Shown here one piece after another: positions 23,120 through 37,175 of a DNA stretch of 64,000 nt. Where the stretch lies: NCBI RefSeq assembly GCF_006345805.1, contig NC_043005.1:100254001-100318000 (forward strand). The letters run 5' to 3'. How positions within the stretch are numbered: position 1 is the first letter of the stretch; each line of letters starts with the position of its first letter. This stretch comes from Octopus sinensis (lineage: Eukaryota). A program made the position numbers and the translations under genes. A model generated the notes under the pieces. It did no database searches. It saw only the letters and a program-made list of their open reading frames with translations, and was not told the origin of the DNA.

Positions 23120-23208
<89 letters not shown>
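22985..23208. repeat. (ta)n/(tata ca)n microsatellite
   Basis: Direct reading. Confidence 0.9.
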
Positions 23209-23210
<2 letters not shown>

Positions 23211-23365
23211 CTTTTCCTTTATTTTTTACTTGTTTCAGTCATTAGGCTGTGGCCATGCTGGAGCAGTGCATTGAAGAAATTTTAGTTGAATGAATTGATG
23301 CCAGTATTTATATTTTCAAAAGCCTGGAACTTATTCTATCAGTCTTTTTGCTGAATCACTGTTAT
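23208..23365 (-). mobile_element. SINE family A 3' half
   Basis: ttacttgtttcagtcatt...tgtggccatgctggagc tail motif. Confidence 0.7.
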
Positions 23366-24072
23366 ATATATATATATATGTATGTATATATATGAGAAAT
23401 TATATTTGTTCCCTGGTTATTTCTAAACTCTGTATCGGATGTTCCAAGTGCAGTTGGATGCCAAGCTTTGAGAAATGGTCAGAACTCTTTGTCATGTGAC
23501 TAATGGATCACATGACCGCTTGGTGATAATATAAGACTACTGGGTGGTAGAATTTTAAAGGGACAACAACACGAGGAGAAAAAGAGCATGGTGTTTTATC
23601 TATACTATCATCATCATCAATGAAGCGATGAGGCTAGTGTTGATAGAAACAGAATGCAGGGTTTGAAGTGGAGAATTGGAGAGGTTATAGATACTTTGTG
23701 TACCAATTATGAATCAGGAAAAATTGAAGAAGCCTCAACATAGTGGATTCAAATACCAGAAATAGTAGCCAAATCACTCATAACTAATCTTTAAGAGAGG
23801 AAACATAATGTGATGGTCATGGGTGAAACACTTTTGAAAGCGAAATCTGCTGCATTATGTCTAGCCTGGGGTTAAAAAAACAGCTCCTTGGATTGAGGAG
23901 AGAGAAAGAAAAAAAGAAAGTAGCAGATTGAGGGTTAAAAGAAATTCTTTAGAATTTAATTCAGAAACGGAATCAGATGGTTTTTGGTCAGAATATACAG
24001 TTTGTGTTTTAAGGAAGAGAAGAATGAGAACCCATGTTTTTTTCTTATCTTCTTAGAAGGTATAACAATAGG

Positions 24073-24305
24073 AAGGCGGCAAGCTGGCAGAATCGTTAGC
24101 ATGCCAGGCAAAATGCTTTGCGGTATTTCATCTGCCGCTATGTTGTGAGTTCAAATTCTGCTGAGGTCGACTTTGCCTTTCATCTTTTCAGGGTCGATTA
24201 AATAAGTACCAGTTACGCACTGGGGTCGATGTAATCGACTTAATCCATTTATCTGTCCTTGTTTGTCCTCTTTGTGTTTAGCCCCTTGTGGGTAGTAAAG
24301 AAATA
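24073..24305 (+). mobile_element. SINE family B, full length
   Basis: aaggcggcaagctggcagaatcgttagc head; 14-bp TSD ggtataacaatagg (24059-24072) / ggtatcacaatagg (24306-24319). Confidence 0.9.
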
Positions 24306-24639
24306 GGTATCACAATAGGGGACCCCACCCAGGGTGTCATGACCCTGTGGTACTTTAGACATCCTTATGGCATCATAACACTCTATGGTACTATAGTCAG
24401 TAGTGCAGGGTATCACACGGTTTTAAATTTAGATAACACAGCTGACAAAACATTATGGACCAAATGTAAATCTAGAAGAGTTTTAAGAGTAAATACATTT
24501 GGGGCAGGTCATAGAAACTTTGGAGAGCACAGTATCAAAAGCATAGCTCAAATGAAACTATTGAATTGGGATTGAAACCTCATCAAGTATTGGCTTGGTA
24601 AGTGTTTACATTTACCTCTGCGGTAAATTCTCATCAAAA

Positions 24640-25170
24640 TCAAATTCGATGACTGGCGTCCATGCTAGCAGAGTGCAAAGAGCACCATATGAGTGTGATC
24701 ATTGACAAAGCGGTTAACCAGCTTCTGTACAAGTGGCACTTAAATGGCACCATTCAAGCGTGATCGTTACCAGCTTTGCATTACTGGCACTCGAGCCCCA
24801 TGCTAGTAGGGTGTTAAGAGCACCATCCGAGCGTGATCGTTGCCAGAGTGGCTATCTGGCCTCCGTGCCGGTGGCATGTAAAAGACACCATTCGAGTGTG
24901 ATAGTTACCAGCATCGCCTTACTGGCACCCGCGCTGGTGGCACGTGTAAAAGGTCATTGCCAGTGCTGCCTGACTGGCCCCGTGCCGGTGGCACATAACA
25001 GCACCCACTACACTCTCGGAGTGTTTGGCGTTAGGAAGGGCATCCAGCTGTAGAAACTCTGCCAGATCAAGATTGGAGCCTGGTGCAGCCATCTGGTTCG
25101 CCAGCCCTCAGTCATACGTCCAACCCATGCTAGTATGGAAAGCGGACGTTAAACGAGGATGATGATGATA
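24640..25170 (+). mobile_element. RTE LINE 3' UTR with degenerate tandem units
   Basis: Repeated accattcgagcgtgatcgttaccagc units followed by the canonical RTE tail. Confidence 0.8.
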
Positions 25171-25764
25171 TGATGATTATGTTGGGTTTTATATTTTATC
25201 AACCTCAAAATTTTACTTGAGAAATCTTAACTGTTTTGAAGTGTCTGCTGCTTTACTATGATCTCTCTTGACTCGTGTAGCCATTGCAGTCAACATTGAT
25301 TGATCGCAGCTAATGAATATGTCCAATTACATGTGAACAGTTGTCTTCATCCCCACTGGATATTATCAGAGAATATTTTATACAAAAGAAACGAAATGAA
25401 AATGAAGGCAAACAAGAGCCGCCAGTTAGCAAACAACTGCACATTGACTGCAAGTCAATTTGATATCCCATGTGCTTTTTATTATTGCTCTGATGCAATA
25501 CATTGCAAGGCAAATCAGCAGGCTGCTGCACCAAAAGTTGAGATCAATGCTCAAAGTTATTAAGAAAATCTGATAATGATGGAACTGAAGAGTTATCGCA
25601 GACAATTCTATTTCCTAACAAAACATTTCTGTAGCTTTCTGACAGCTTTAATCATCATCAGCTTCTACAGTTTCATATTCTATGTATCTGGTTGCATATG
25701 TGCTCAGAGTTGGCATATGTATATAGATACGAGTAAGTACTTGTGTGTTGTGTGTGCATGTGTG

Positions 25765-26282
<518 letters not shown>

Positions 26283-26590
26283 TGTGGAGGCGCAATGGCC
26301 TAGTGGTTAGGGTAGCGGACTCGCGGTCGCAGGATCGCGGTTTCGATTCCCAGACCGGGCATTGTGAGTGTTTATTGAGCGAAAACACCTAAAAAGCTCC
26401 ACGAGGCTCCAGCAGGGGGTGGTGATCCCTGCTGTACTCTTTCACCACAACTTTCTCTCACTCTTTTTTCTGTTGGCCTGCTCGCTTAGCCAGCAGGGTG
26501 GCATCATTCGAAGGCTAAAACAATGCGAACGCATTGTAACCAGCGATGTGTAACAACATCTGATGGTCTGGTCGGTCACGTGATCACGTG

Positions 26591-26592
<2 letters not shown>
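26283..26592 (+). mobile_element. SINE family C, tail type C1, full length
   Basis: gtggaggcgcaatggcctagtggttagggtagcggactcgcggtcgcaggatcgcggtttcgattccc tRNA-like head; tcacgtgatcacgtga end. Confidence 0.9.
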
Positions 26593-26626
<34 letters not shown>

Positions 26627-26651
26627 GTATATGTATATATATATATACAAC

Positions 26652-26690
<39 letters not shown>

Positions 26691-26740
26691 TATATATATA
26701 TGCACACACACGCACACACTGATATACTTATATATTTATT

Positions 26741-27071
26741 TCGTTTTTGGATTTGGTTTGCAAGATTCTTTATATGAGTTCTGTGATGAAGCATATTCTG
26801 TTGTTTCTGGGGAGAGTCATTTTCTTTTTCTGCCTCATAATGTAACACACTCACTTGTAAAATTTCCATTTATTTCTTATTTTTATTCTCCTAAAATTCT
26901 CGTTGCGTCTTGCAACCTTTTCTTGACTTGTCAAGAGTGAAGACTATTGAAATGGTTGCAAGACGCAACGAAAATTTAAGGAAAATAAAAATAAGAAATA
27001 AATGGAAATTTTACTGGTGAGTGCGTTACATAATAAGGCACAAAAAGAAAATGACTCACCCCAGACACAAC
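26741..27071. mobile_element. Palindromic (foldback/MITE-like) element, copy 1
   Basis: Inverted arms spanning 26800-27071 plus a shared unpaired 5' flank; second copy at 63102-63446. Confidence 0.75.
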
Positions 27072-27114
27072 TTATATATATATATGCATACACACACATC
27101 CATATGCACATGCA

Positions 27115-27340
27115 TATCAACATCATCAACATTTGATGTCCATTTTCCATGCTGGCATGGGTAGAACTGTTTGATAGGAATTGACAAGTCAGAAGACTAC
27201 CCAAAATCCTGATGTTTGTTTTGACAGGATTTCTATGGCTGGATGCCCATCCTAACATCAGCCATTTTGCAGAGTGTACTAAGTGCTGTCTCTGTGGTGC
27301 CAGCAGCTGTCAGGTCACCAAGTAACTTGCAGGAATGATC
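27115..27340 (-). mobile_element. Diverged RTE-type 3' tail
   Basis: catcatc...ttttccatgctggcatggg...ggctggatgccc. Confidence 0.6.
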
Positions 27341-27782
27341 CCTCAACTTGCAGAAAAGGGGGTCTTGTATTAGAAAGGTGACAAGCTACCTCAGATGGAA
27401 AGAAAGAGAGAGAGAGGAGAGAAAGATGGTGAAGATGTGAGAGAGAGGTTACAGAATGGTACATAGGGAAGTAGGTTGGGGATGAGAAAGGGTGGGCATG
27501 TGGGTGGGTTCACAAGATTTCAAAAGGACAATGGAAGGTAGAGGTAGGAGGGAAGGAAAGGGATTTAGCAGGAACATATTATGTGCAGGTAGGCAGGTGA
27601 ATATGTAAAAGAGAATGGAGGGGAGAGGGAAACAGTGGTGGGAGTGGGGGGGGTCATAGACATAGATTTTACTTTACTGGCAGGACTTCTCAAGCCCAGC
27701 ATATTGTCAGTTGTTTTGGTCCTGTGTCCTCAGCTCAGTGGAGCTCAACATCTGAAGATCCTTTCTCACCACTTCATCTTAC

Positions 27783-28014
27783 ATACTCTCTTTTTTACTC
27801 TTTTACTTGTTTCAGTCATTTGACTGCAGCCATGCTGGAGCACCGCTTTTAGTTAAGCAAATCAACACCAAGACTTATTCTTTGTAAGTCTAGTACTTAT
27901 TCTATTGGTCCCATTTGCCGAACCACTAGGTTACAGGGACGTAAACACACCGTCTATTGTCAAGCGATGTTGGGGCAACAACAAACACAGACACACAGAC
28001 ATATACATACACAC

Positions 28015-28052
<38 letters not shown>

Positions 28053-28225
28053 GCATATATACGACTAGCTTCTTTCAGTTTCCATCTACCAAATCCACTC
28101 ACAAGTCTTTGGTCGGCCTGAGGCTATAGTAGAAGACACCTGCCCAAGGTGTGATGCAGTGGGACTGAACCCAGAACCATGTAGTTCGTAAGCAAGCTAC
28201 TTACCACACAGCCACTCCTACGCCT
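27783..28225 (-). mobile_element. SINE family A, full length
   Basis: Head ccacacagccactcctacgcc at the 28225 end, central microsatellite, tail at 27783. Confidence 0.9.
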
Positions 28226-28399
28226 TCCCAGGTCTTCCTCTTCTATAGGTTCTTTCCATATTTAGAGCTTGGCATTTCTTTATGCAGCTGCCCCCATCCA
28301 TATGCATCACATGGCCATACCAGCATGGTCATCTTTCTTGTACACTGCAACTTATATACCTCTTATACCAAATTTTTCTCTCATATTTGATATCCTAAA

Positions 28400-28655
28400 A
28401 CCAAGATGCCACATAAAAAACTTTGATGTGGGTGCTGATTCCATGTAAAAAACATTTGTGTGGATGGCATGTAAAAAGCACCCAGTACACTCTGCAAAGT
28501 GGTTGGTGTTAGGAAGGGCATCCAGCTGTAAAAACCAAGGCAAACCAGACTATGGAACCTGGTGCAACCCTTGGCCATGTCAGTTCCTGCCAAGCCATCC
28601 AACACACACCAGCATGAAAAACAGATGTTAAATGTTATTGATGATGATGATGATG
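28400..28655 (+). mobile_element. Diverged RTE-type 3' tail
   Basis: gttggtgttaggaagggcatccagctgtaaaa...(gat)n. Confidence 0.7.
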
Positions 28656-28951
28656 TGTATAGCAGATGTATGCTTGTTACTGTTGAGTTTAGAGCTTAAT
28701 GTGAATTATCATCATTCAGTCTGCTTCCAATATAGTGGTGTAAGTTAGTAGTATTATTGATTAGGATAAACAAAGCCAATATATGAGAAATTATAGTAAA
28801 CACAAGTTTATATTATTTGTTCCTTACGTATGTTTCAACCTTGAGGCTATTTTCAACTTCTGCATTGGATATTCCAAGTTCAATTGGACGATGAGCCACA
28901 ACAAACTATCAAAGGAAATTTTTTTTGCATGTAAAACAGATCAAATGCTTA

Positions 28952-29177
28952 TTAACCCATTAACATTCAGATGAACCTGTCAAATGTAATGGATTTTTAT
29001 TCATGTTGTTTTGAATTAACCATGCATTATATTGTGGCTTCAAGATTCCAAAGATGTGATTGTCTATTTTCACTATGACATTATAGAGTAGGTGTGAGAT
29101 GTTGGATCTAGCCAGTTTGAACAAAAGAGAGAGAATATTTTGGCTGGAAATGGCTGGTTTAAATGTTAAAGGGTTAA
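28952..29177. mobile_element. piggyBac-type MITE
   Basis: TTAA|CCCattaacatt ... aatgttaaaGGG|TTAA: TTAA duplication with CCC/GGG termini. Confidence 0.7.
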
Positions 29178-29182
29178 ATATA

Positions 29183-29413
29183 TTTCTTTATTGCCCACAA
29201 GGGGTTAAACACAGAGGGGACAAACAAGGACAGACAAAGGGATTAAGTCGATTACATCGACCCCCCAGTGCAAAACTGGTACTTTATTTATCGACCCCGA
29301 AAGGATGAAAGGCAAAGTCGACCTCGGCGGAATTTGAACCCAGAAGGTAATGACAGACGAAATACCGCTATGCATTTCACCCAGTGCGCTAACGTATCTA
29401 CCAGCTCGCTGCC
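29183..29413 (-). mobile_element. SINE family B, full length
   Basis: Homologous to 11252-11483; short taaatata direct repeat at both ends. Confidence 0.85.
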
Positions 29414-30616
29414 TAAATATAAAAGCTCTATGGAAATTAGAGAGAAATGTGATCAGTACAGTTTGTATAGATATGCAACATGTATTTTCATGTATAGTGA
29501 CTCAGATTATCTACTTGCATAAAAAGTAACTCAAAAATTTACTTGCATGAACAGTGGATCGAATATTAACTTGCATAAAATGTAGTTGAGAAATGTACTG
29601 AGATTGTGATTAGGAATACAAAATGGAGACACTTGATCGAAAAAAAATGTACTGCATGTTGTGAGTAGGGAGTGACTGTAGCAAAAGAACACAAAAGGCA
29701 TGGGAAGAAGATGCCAGGACAAAGCTGAGGAGGATATTATACTCTACATGATCTCAAAGGTTAATGATATGGTGCCCTGCAGGTTTCTCTTACCCACAGC
29801 AGCATGGAGAAATAGATTTTAAAAATCGTGACAATGGTAATTTTTAAAATAGTGACAATGGGGAAGATGGTAACAATGATGATGGTAATGAAAGTTCTAA
29901 CATTCAAAATCTTTTCTGAAATACTTCCATCCATTTGAAAACTTATGGATATTCTTGGTTTGCCAACGGACCCACTGACTTATTCCTGATCTGTCTAATG
30001 AGGTCTAGCAGAAATTAAAGCAATTTTCCTTATATTTCTTGCTTAGTTTGAATGGGAAGAACAGTGACTATCTTCCTTTATTTTGCAGACCATCAAAACT
30101 GTTGAGAGGAGGGGAAGAAGGTCTCCTCAAAATTCAGACTTGGCGAAAATGCTAGCAACAGAAGGAATCACACTAAATGCAACGAAGGGTAAGGCGATGG
30201 TGTTAAACTTGATTATCATATCTACCATCGAAGAACTCAGAATACAAAGAGCTGGAGAAAATACTGTAAGACATTCCTGTCCACTGCTGTATCATTTCTG
30301 CTCAACCACTGTCCTTGAACTGGTACTGGTTGAGAAAGAAAGGAAATGGATTTAAATTAATTTAAGCATGTAGACACATTAATCTCTCTATTCAGACACA
30401 AAGTTAATTAGTTTTCTAATTACACAGCAATCAAATGGTCAAATCAAGGAAAGTAGAGGCATCAGATCCAATATAACAGTAGACAAAATATTTTAACTGT
30501 TGTCTTAAGTACCTCTCTCATTGAAATTAACTGTTCAGGATCAATAAAATAAATACCAGTAAAATGGTGAGGTTAATTCAACGAGTTAGATCACTCCTTT
30601 GTCAATTTTAGTTTTG

Positions 30617-31910
30617 TATCAGATCATCTCATAATTTCTGTCCAATTTTACCTTTTTTAAAATTGAAAGAAATTTAATAGTATTTTAGAATGACTCATGG
30701 AATTTAAAATTATTTTTATGCATTTGTGTACATTTAAACCAATTAAATATCATTTTACAGAATAAAATTTCTTTGATTAAAAACCTTTCTAACATGGAAC
30801 TATCCAAAAGCATTTAAGGCACATAATGCTTTATGAGTACAAAAAATGAAACTCTGCAGCCGAAGCGACTCAAAACATACACTCAGTTTATGGGAAAGAA
30901 TGCTTGAATGAAAGAACTTGCTGAAGATGGTTTGCAAAATTCAGAAGTGGAGATTTCAGCCTTGAAGATGAAGATCGAACAGGACATCCACTTGAGTTTG
31001 ATGATAAGCTCCTTGAGGCATTACTTGAAGAAAATTCTCTTTTATCAGTTGAAGAATTGGCAATAAAGCTTAGTTCAAACCATACAACTGTTCATCGTCA
31101 TCTTCAACAACTTGTAAAAGTTCCTAAACTTGGAAAATGGGTGCCTCATGAATTGTCCGAAAGCAACTGCAAATCCTGAGTTGACATCAGCTTTTCTCTC
31201 CATTCTCATGAACTCATTTCACCCTTTTTGGATAGACTTGTGACTAGTGACAAAAAATGGATCTTCTATCGAAATGTTAAACATTGTAAACAGTGACTTG
31301 GTAAAAGGGAAAAAGCTCAACCACAACCGAGAAGGGAACTTCATGGGAAAAAGATTCTTCTGTCTACATTGTGGGATTGCAAAGGAGTAATTCACTCTGA
31401 ATTGTTACCACTTAATGCAACAATCAATGCTCAAGTCTATTGTCAGCAATTAGAGCATTTGAACCAAGCTTTGAAGAAAAAAAGACCTACTTTAGTGAAT
31501 CGAAAAGGAGTGATGTTTCATCAGGACAATGTGCGACCCCACATGGCAAAGATCACATCACAGAAGATCGAAGATCTTGGTTGGGAAAAAATTCCTTATC
31601 CACCTTATTCTCTTGACGTTGCTCCTTGAGATTACCATTTGTTTTGTAGTTTACAGAATCATTTGGGAGAACATAACTCTCGCAAGCGAGGAGGAAGTTG
31701 AAACTGACCTTTCAGAGTTCTTTGTTTTGAAACCAAAAGAGTTTTACATTGATGGGATTAAAAAGCTTGTAAATAGATGGAAGGAAGGAAGTCACAGATA
31801 ATCAGGGAAAGTACATTGATGATTCAATTTCAATTAAATATAACATTTTCTTTATTCTTTATTGTTTTCTTTATTCAAAATTCGGACAGAACTTATGGAA
31901 TGACGTGACA
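30617..31910 (+). mobile_element. Full-length decayed mariner (DD34D) transposon
   Basis: ~1.29 kb; imperfect ~33-bp TIRs (tatcagatcatctcataatttctgtcc / ggacagaacttatggaatgacgtgaca); transposase from ATG 30794 with WVPHEL, VTSDKKW, HQDNVRPH and YSLDVAP*D motifs; stops and frameshifts. Confidence 0.93.
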
Positions 31911-32010
31911 CATCGTCGGAAGCAATCCATATAAGAAGAACTGAATTTGATGTATAAAATTCAATGAAAGGGAATTGAATAGCAGAACAATAGATGGTGG
32001 AGTTGGTAGG

Positions 32011-32205
32011 GCACCAAGATAGGGGATGGAAGAATTAGTAGAGTGCTTGGGCAATGGGGTGTAGAATTGATAGAGCACCAAGATAGGGGATGGAAGAATT
32101 AGTAGAGTGCTTGGGCAATGGGGTGTAGAATTGATAGAGCACCAAGATAGGGGATGGAAGAATTAGTAGAGTGCTTGGGCAATGGGGTGTAGAATTGATA
32201 GAGCA
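32011..32205. repeat. Three perfect 64-bp tandem units
   Basis: gcaccaagatagggg...aattgataga starts at 32011, 32075 and 32139. Confidence 0.95.
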
Positions 32206-32778
32206 ACAGGGGCAGTGGATTGGTAGAGCATCAGACAAAATACCTTGACGTGTTTGATAACATCTCTTTACATTCTGAGTTCAAATCCTACCCCTGATTT
32301 CATCTTTCTTGAGTCAATACAATTTGAATCAGCCTATAAATAATTAGACTGATTTAGTTCGTTATACTCTTAAAATGTATAATTAGTACTCTTTAGTCAT
32401 TTATTTTAGTCCAATGACTGAAATCAGTAAAAGAGATGTTCTCCACAGATTCTGGGGCTAAGTTTATTTAATATTTGCTCATTTAATTTTAATAAACTCA
32501 GATATAAAGATTACACAGAAGTAAATATTTATTACTGTCGCATGTAATTAGAAAGTAGTGAAAGTTCATTAGTGTTAATTAACTGCAGAAAAGGTTTAAT
32601 GATGATTTAACTGTAATTAGACTAATAAAAGAATATTAATACAGTTCTTGTATAGGATATGGCTACCCAAACAATATGCTTCTCACTAAATATGGAACAG
32701 AGACTATTTATTTGTGAGACATTTCCAACAGGAAATAAGCTAAGAAACTGCATAGAAGTTTGTTTAATGATGTGTACA

Positions 32779-33742
32779 CAGGGTCGCTCCTAGGAGGTGC
32801 AGAGCCCAATTGGGAACAATTTTGGTGGGCCCCAGGTTCCAGTCAACTTGCACTAAGGTCGATAGAAGCGTAAAAATGTAAAAATGTCTATTATACCAAA
32901 CCATGCCAAACCGGACGGGTGCCAGACGTAGCCCTTGGCTTGTTGGCCTCTATCAAACCATCCAACCCATGCCAGCATGGAAAACGGATGTTAAATGATG
33001 ATGATATGCATATATATACATACATGTATTATGTACATATTTATGTGTGTGTGTGTGTTGTGTGTGTGGTAACTTTCTGAAACATGGATTATTTGCTAAT
33101 AAAATTTTCTACATATACGTCTCAGATGGTATTGATTATGATCATATTGGAATTTGTTGTGTAAAGCATTTTTCTCTCTCTTTTAAATAAACTCAAAGGT
33201 AGCCAGTCCTCAACGTGGTTGTCTTGTATGCTAGAAATAGCAGTTATTAGGAATAAAAAAACAGCCACTATTCTGATCTCACTTTATTGATATAAAAACG
33301 TTTCCCCAAAATTAAACATATTTATAGAAACTGGCACACACAAACATACACACACACATATACACACACACATATACATACAATTCACTCACATACGTAC
33401 TCTCACAGACACACATATTTTACCCAAACATCCCCATAAAACTCCCAAATATTCACATACGAACATACATATTGACCCTTACACTAAAAATACAATAAAT
33501 TTCTTCAAATTCAGCACCTTAACCAAGCAGTTTTAGATTAATGGATTTATCTTTTGATATCTTGTGAAGAAACTGTAGAAAGTATGTTTTTTCTTTCTTT
33601 TTTTTTTTAAAGACCAAGTAGATTATTTTAAAAGAGTTCAGGGAAACCACCTTTATGAAATTTCACTGTATAGCTTGGAGCCCCCTTTCAGCACAGGGCC
33701 CGAAAGAGAGCAATCAGTCCGATTGGCTTAAGGCCGGCCCTA
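32779..33742. mobile_element. hAT-type MITE with nested insertions
   Basis: Termini cagggtcgctcctagg / ttaaggccggcccta; flanking 8-mers tgtgtaca / tatgtata; contains an RTE tail at 32900-33005. Confidence 0.55.
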
Positions 33743-33939
33743 TATGTATAGTTAACTGACAATGGGATCAGTCCACCTAGAGATATAAGTAAGTACCTTA
33801 CTGCCATGAGGAGTTACAGTAATATAAAATTAAGGCATGGATGAGTTGTGAAAAAGCTTGCTTCCTAACAACATGATTTTGGGTTCATTCACAGTGTGTG
33901 GCAACTTGAGCAAGTGTATTGTACTGTAGGTAAAGTTAC

Positions 33940-34140
33940 CTTCTCAAGTTATACCAACGCCAAAGGATCAGTTTTCTGGTTTCCATGGCATTTTAATCCC
34001 AACCTAGACTACTCGTTTGTGCCAGCTGAGTGGACTGGAGCAACATGAAATGAAGGGTTTTGCTCAAGAACACAAAACATCACCTGGTCCAGAAATACAA
34101 TCTTTCGATCATGAGTCCAACACCTTAACCATGCACCTCC
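33940..34140 (-). mobile_element. SINE family D-like (5' part)
   Basis: gccagctgagtggactggagcaac...ttgctcaagaacac motif in reverse orientation. Confidence 0.65.
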
Positions 34141-34149
34141 ACTATTATT

Positions 34150-34476
34150 CTACAGCCCTAGGCTGATCAGAGCCTTGTGAGCTGAGATTGTAGATGGAAA
34201 CTGTAAGAAGCCTGTCATATTTGTGTGTGCACGCATATTTGAAACTTCTTGTCTTGACATCATGAGATAGTTGTAAACAACTGTCTCTGTCATACAAGTA
34301 GTACCATTCATTCTCAACTTTCCTTAAGACCAAGGCCGATCATGAGGGAAATATTATCTTGCTTGGACATAAGTGAGTATTGGCATCAGGTCAAGAATCT
34401 GGCTGTAGGAAATTTGCCTCAACACATTCCATTTGACCCGTAAAAGCATGGAACATTGAACATTAAAACAAAGGAT
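34150..34476 (+). mobile_element. Chimeric SINE: family A 5' body with RTE-like tail
   Basis: ctacagccctaggctgatcagagccttgtgag...gaagcc, then a different middle and ggctgtaggaaa...gcatggaa...ttaaaa end. Confidence 0.5.
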
Positions 34477-34735
34477 CATCATCATCATCATCATCATTGT
34501 TTAATGTCTGTTTTCCATGCTAGCATGGTTTGGACGGTTTGACTGGGGTCTGGGAAGCCAGGAGGCTACACCAGACTCCAGTCTGATCTGGCAGTGTTTC
34601 TACAGCTGGATGCCCTTCCTAATGCTAACCGCTCAGTGAGTGTAGTGGGTGCTTTTCACGTGCCACTGGCACAGGTGCCAGAGGAGGCTGGCAGTGGCCA
34701 CGATCGGTTGGTGCTTTATATGCACCACCAGCATG
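34477..34735 (-). mobile_element. RTE LINE 3' tail
   Basis: Canonical tail motifs and (atc)n. Confidence 0.85.
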
Positions 34736-35754
34736 ATGATAACTTACATTATGGTACTTTTGTAGATCCAGTCCATGTTAGAAGCAGTAGCAATGCTTTT
34801 CTTAATTCATTTATTGAATTGTCTCCATTGGCCCTGATTGGTATGGGTCAACTCTGCTCTTAAATGGGTCCATTTTCAGCCAAATGTAATGTATGAAAAT
34901 CTAAATATGTAAGCTAGCAATAAATGATCAGTTATATAGATTGCATATTGATTAGAGAAATAAAAGTTGGCATTCTTAAGAGCAAAAGGACTTGGGAATG
35001 AAGCGCTTATTTTGATTCCACTTGTTGCTATGGCTAAAAGAAGGAGTGTATCTCATTGATTTCATCTAAAAACCCAAACCTATCATAGCAGGAGCACAAA
35101 TTCTCTAAAGAGATGAAAATGTAAGATGCTTCTGTTTTTATAATGTGCTTCATGTACATCAACCTGTTGGGACCCACATATCTTCAGTGATGCTGTGTTT
35201 TTATCCTTTTAATAAATGACACAGCCCCACATATCTCTGACACTTCATACACAACTGACACCACATCAATTTCACAGTTCAGTAGTTGAATTATAAGGGG
35301 CAGGCAACTGTGAAATACTAATTCAAAAATTTCTTGTAAATACACCAATAATCCTCAAAATCATACAAGCATGAAATAAAGGACATGAAAATATTGATAG
35401 ATATACTCTGCAAGGATATGATATATAACTATTCCAACATTTTATAATTGCTTCTGTCTTTGAAAATTATCAAATCCCAAAATCATCCACTTAGTTTCTT
35501 CATTCTGCAAGAATTTTTTTCTTCTTCTCGGCTGCCATCTAACTTGGTTTGAATCATATTGAAATCCATATCTTCTTGATATATTTCATTTCTATTTTTA
35601 TATTTGTAATTCTGATAGAAATGCAAAAAAACATTTTGTTACTTTCCACTTTTAATAGTTTAAAACCAGGAAAAAATGCAACTGCAATTACAATTACAAC
35701 CGATACTTCACGATGCCATCATACCGAGTTATATTTGACAGTCTTTCAAATATA

Positions 35755-35916
35755 CCATCATCATCTCCATCATCATCACCTCCACCACCACCACGACCAT
35801 CACCACCCACCATCACCACCACCACCACCACTACCACCACCATTGCCACTATCACCATCAATATCATCATCATCATCATCATCACCATCATCATCAATAC
35901 CATTACCACCGTCACC

Positions 35917-35950
<34 letters not shown>

Positions 35951-36066
35951 CCATTACCATTACCACCGCCACTACTGCTGCCACCGGCACAACCACCAGA
36001 ACCACCACCACCACCACCACCACCACCACCACCACCACCACCGCCACCACCATCATCATCATCATT
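35755..36066. repeat. (acc)n/(atc)n trinucleotide tract
   Basis: Direct reading. Confidence 0.9.
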
Positions 36067-36465
36067 TAACGTCCATGTATCTTGCAGTCATTAGTTGGAT
36101 GGTTTGATGAGACCTAACCGGTCTGAGGACTGCACTGTATTCCAGTGGTTGCACTGGTTGGCCATGGGGTCTCTACTACAGCTGGATGTTCTTCTTAATG
36201 CCAACCACTCTACTGCTCGTGCAGGATGCTTTTCCTCTTCATGGCACCAGCACTAATGAGGTCACCATGCATGACCCTTGCAAGACTAAAATTCCTCTTT
36301 CAACAGAGCAGAGCTGCAGGGGAAGAGTGCTTAAAACTCTCCTGATACGTGGATGCTACCATGGAAGATACTCAACACCGAAGCACCAACCTCAAAATCC
36401 TAGCAGTCCCCAGTTGAACAGTTTTTTGGGGGCATGCTCTGCCATTGTCAGTTCCATTATTATTC

Positions 36466-36669
36466 TTTTATTCTTTTACTTGTTTCAGTCATTTGACTGT
36501 GGCCATGCTGGAGCACCACCTTTAGTCGAGCAAATCGACCCCAGGACTTATTCTTTGTAAGCCTAGTACTTGTTCTATCAATCTCTTATGCCGAACCGCT
36601 AAGTTACAGAGACTTAAACACACCAGCATCGGTTGTCAAGCGATGTTGGGGGGACAAACACAGACACAC

Positions 36670-36724
<55 letters not shown>

Positions 36725-36882
36725 ATATATACATATATGACGGGCTTCTTTCAGTTTCTGTCTATCAAATCCACTCACAAGGCTTTGGTCCGCCTCAGGC
36801 TATAGTAGGTGACACTTTCCCAAGGTGCCACGCAGTGGGACTGAACCCAGAACCATGTGGTTGGTAAGCAACTCCTACGCCT
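36466..36882 (-). mobile_element. SINE family A, full length
   Basis: All family A motifs present in reverse orientation. Confidence 0.9.
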
Positions 36883-36924
36883 ATATTATTATTATTATTA
36901 TTATTATCATCATTATTATTATTG

Positions 36925-37137
36925 GTGAGCAGGAGGATCGCTAGCATGCTGGATGAAATGCTTAGTAGCCTTCGCTTGTTGCTATGTTCTTAGTTCAAAT
37001 TCCACTGAGGTTGACTTTGCCTTTCTGCCTTTCAGGGTCAAGAAATTAAGTACCAGAAAAAAAAACTGGGGGTCCATGTAATTAACTAGGCCCCTCCCAC
37101 CAAATTTTAGGCCTTGTGCCTTTAGTAGAAAGGTTCA

Positions 37138-37175
<38 letters not shown>

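Noticed and set aside
25290-25563. ORF with DAIHCKANQQAAAPK resembling the hAT CxxH motif
   Set aside because: A single weak motif with no other transposase blocks or TIRs found
26283-26355. tRNA gene candidates (also 12386, 13182, 24073, 46480)
   Set aside because: A/B boxes are present but run into SINE bodies and tails, and I could not fold a full cloverleaf; these are SINE heads
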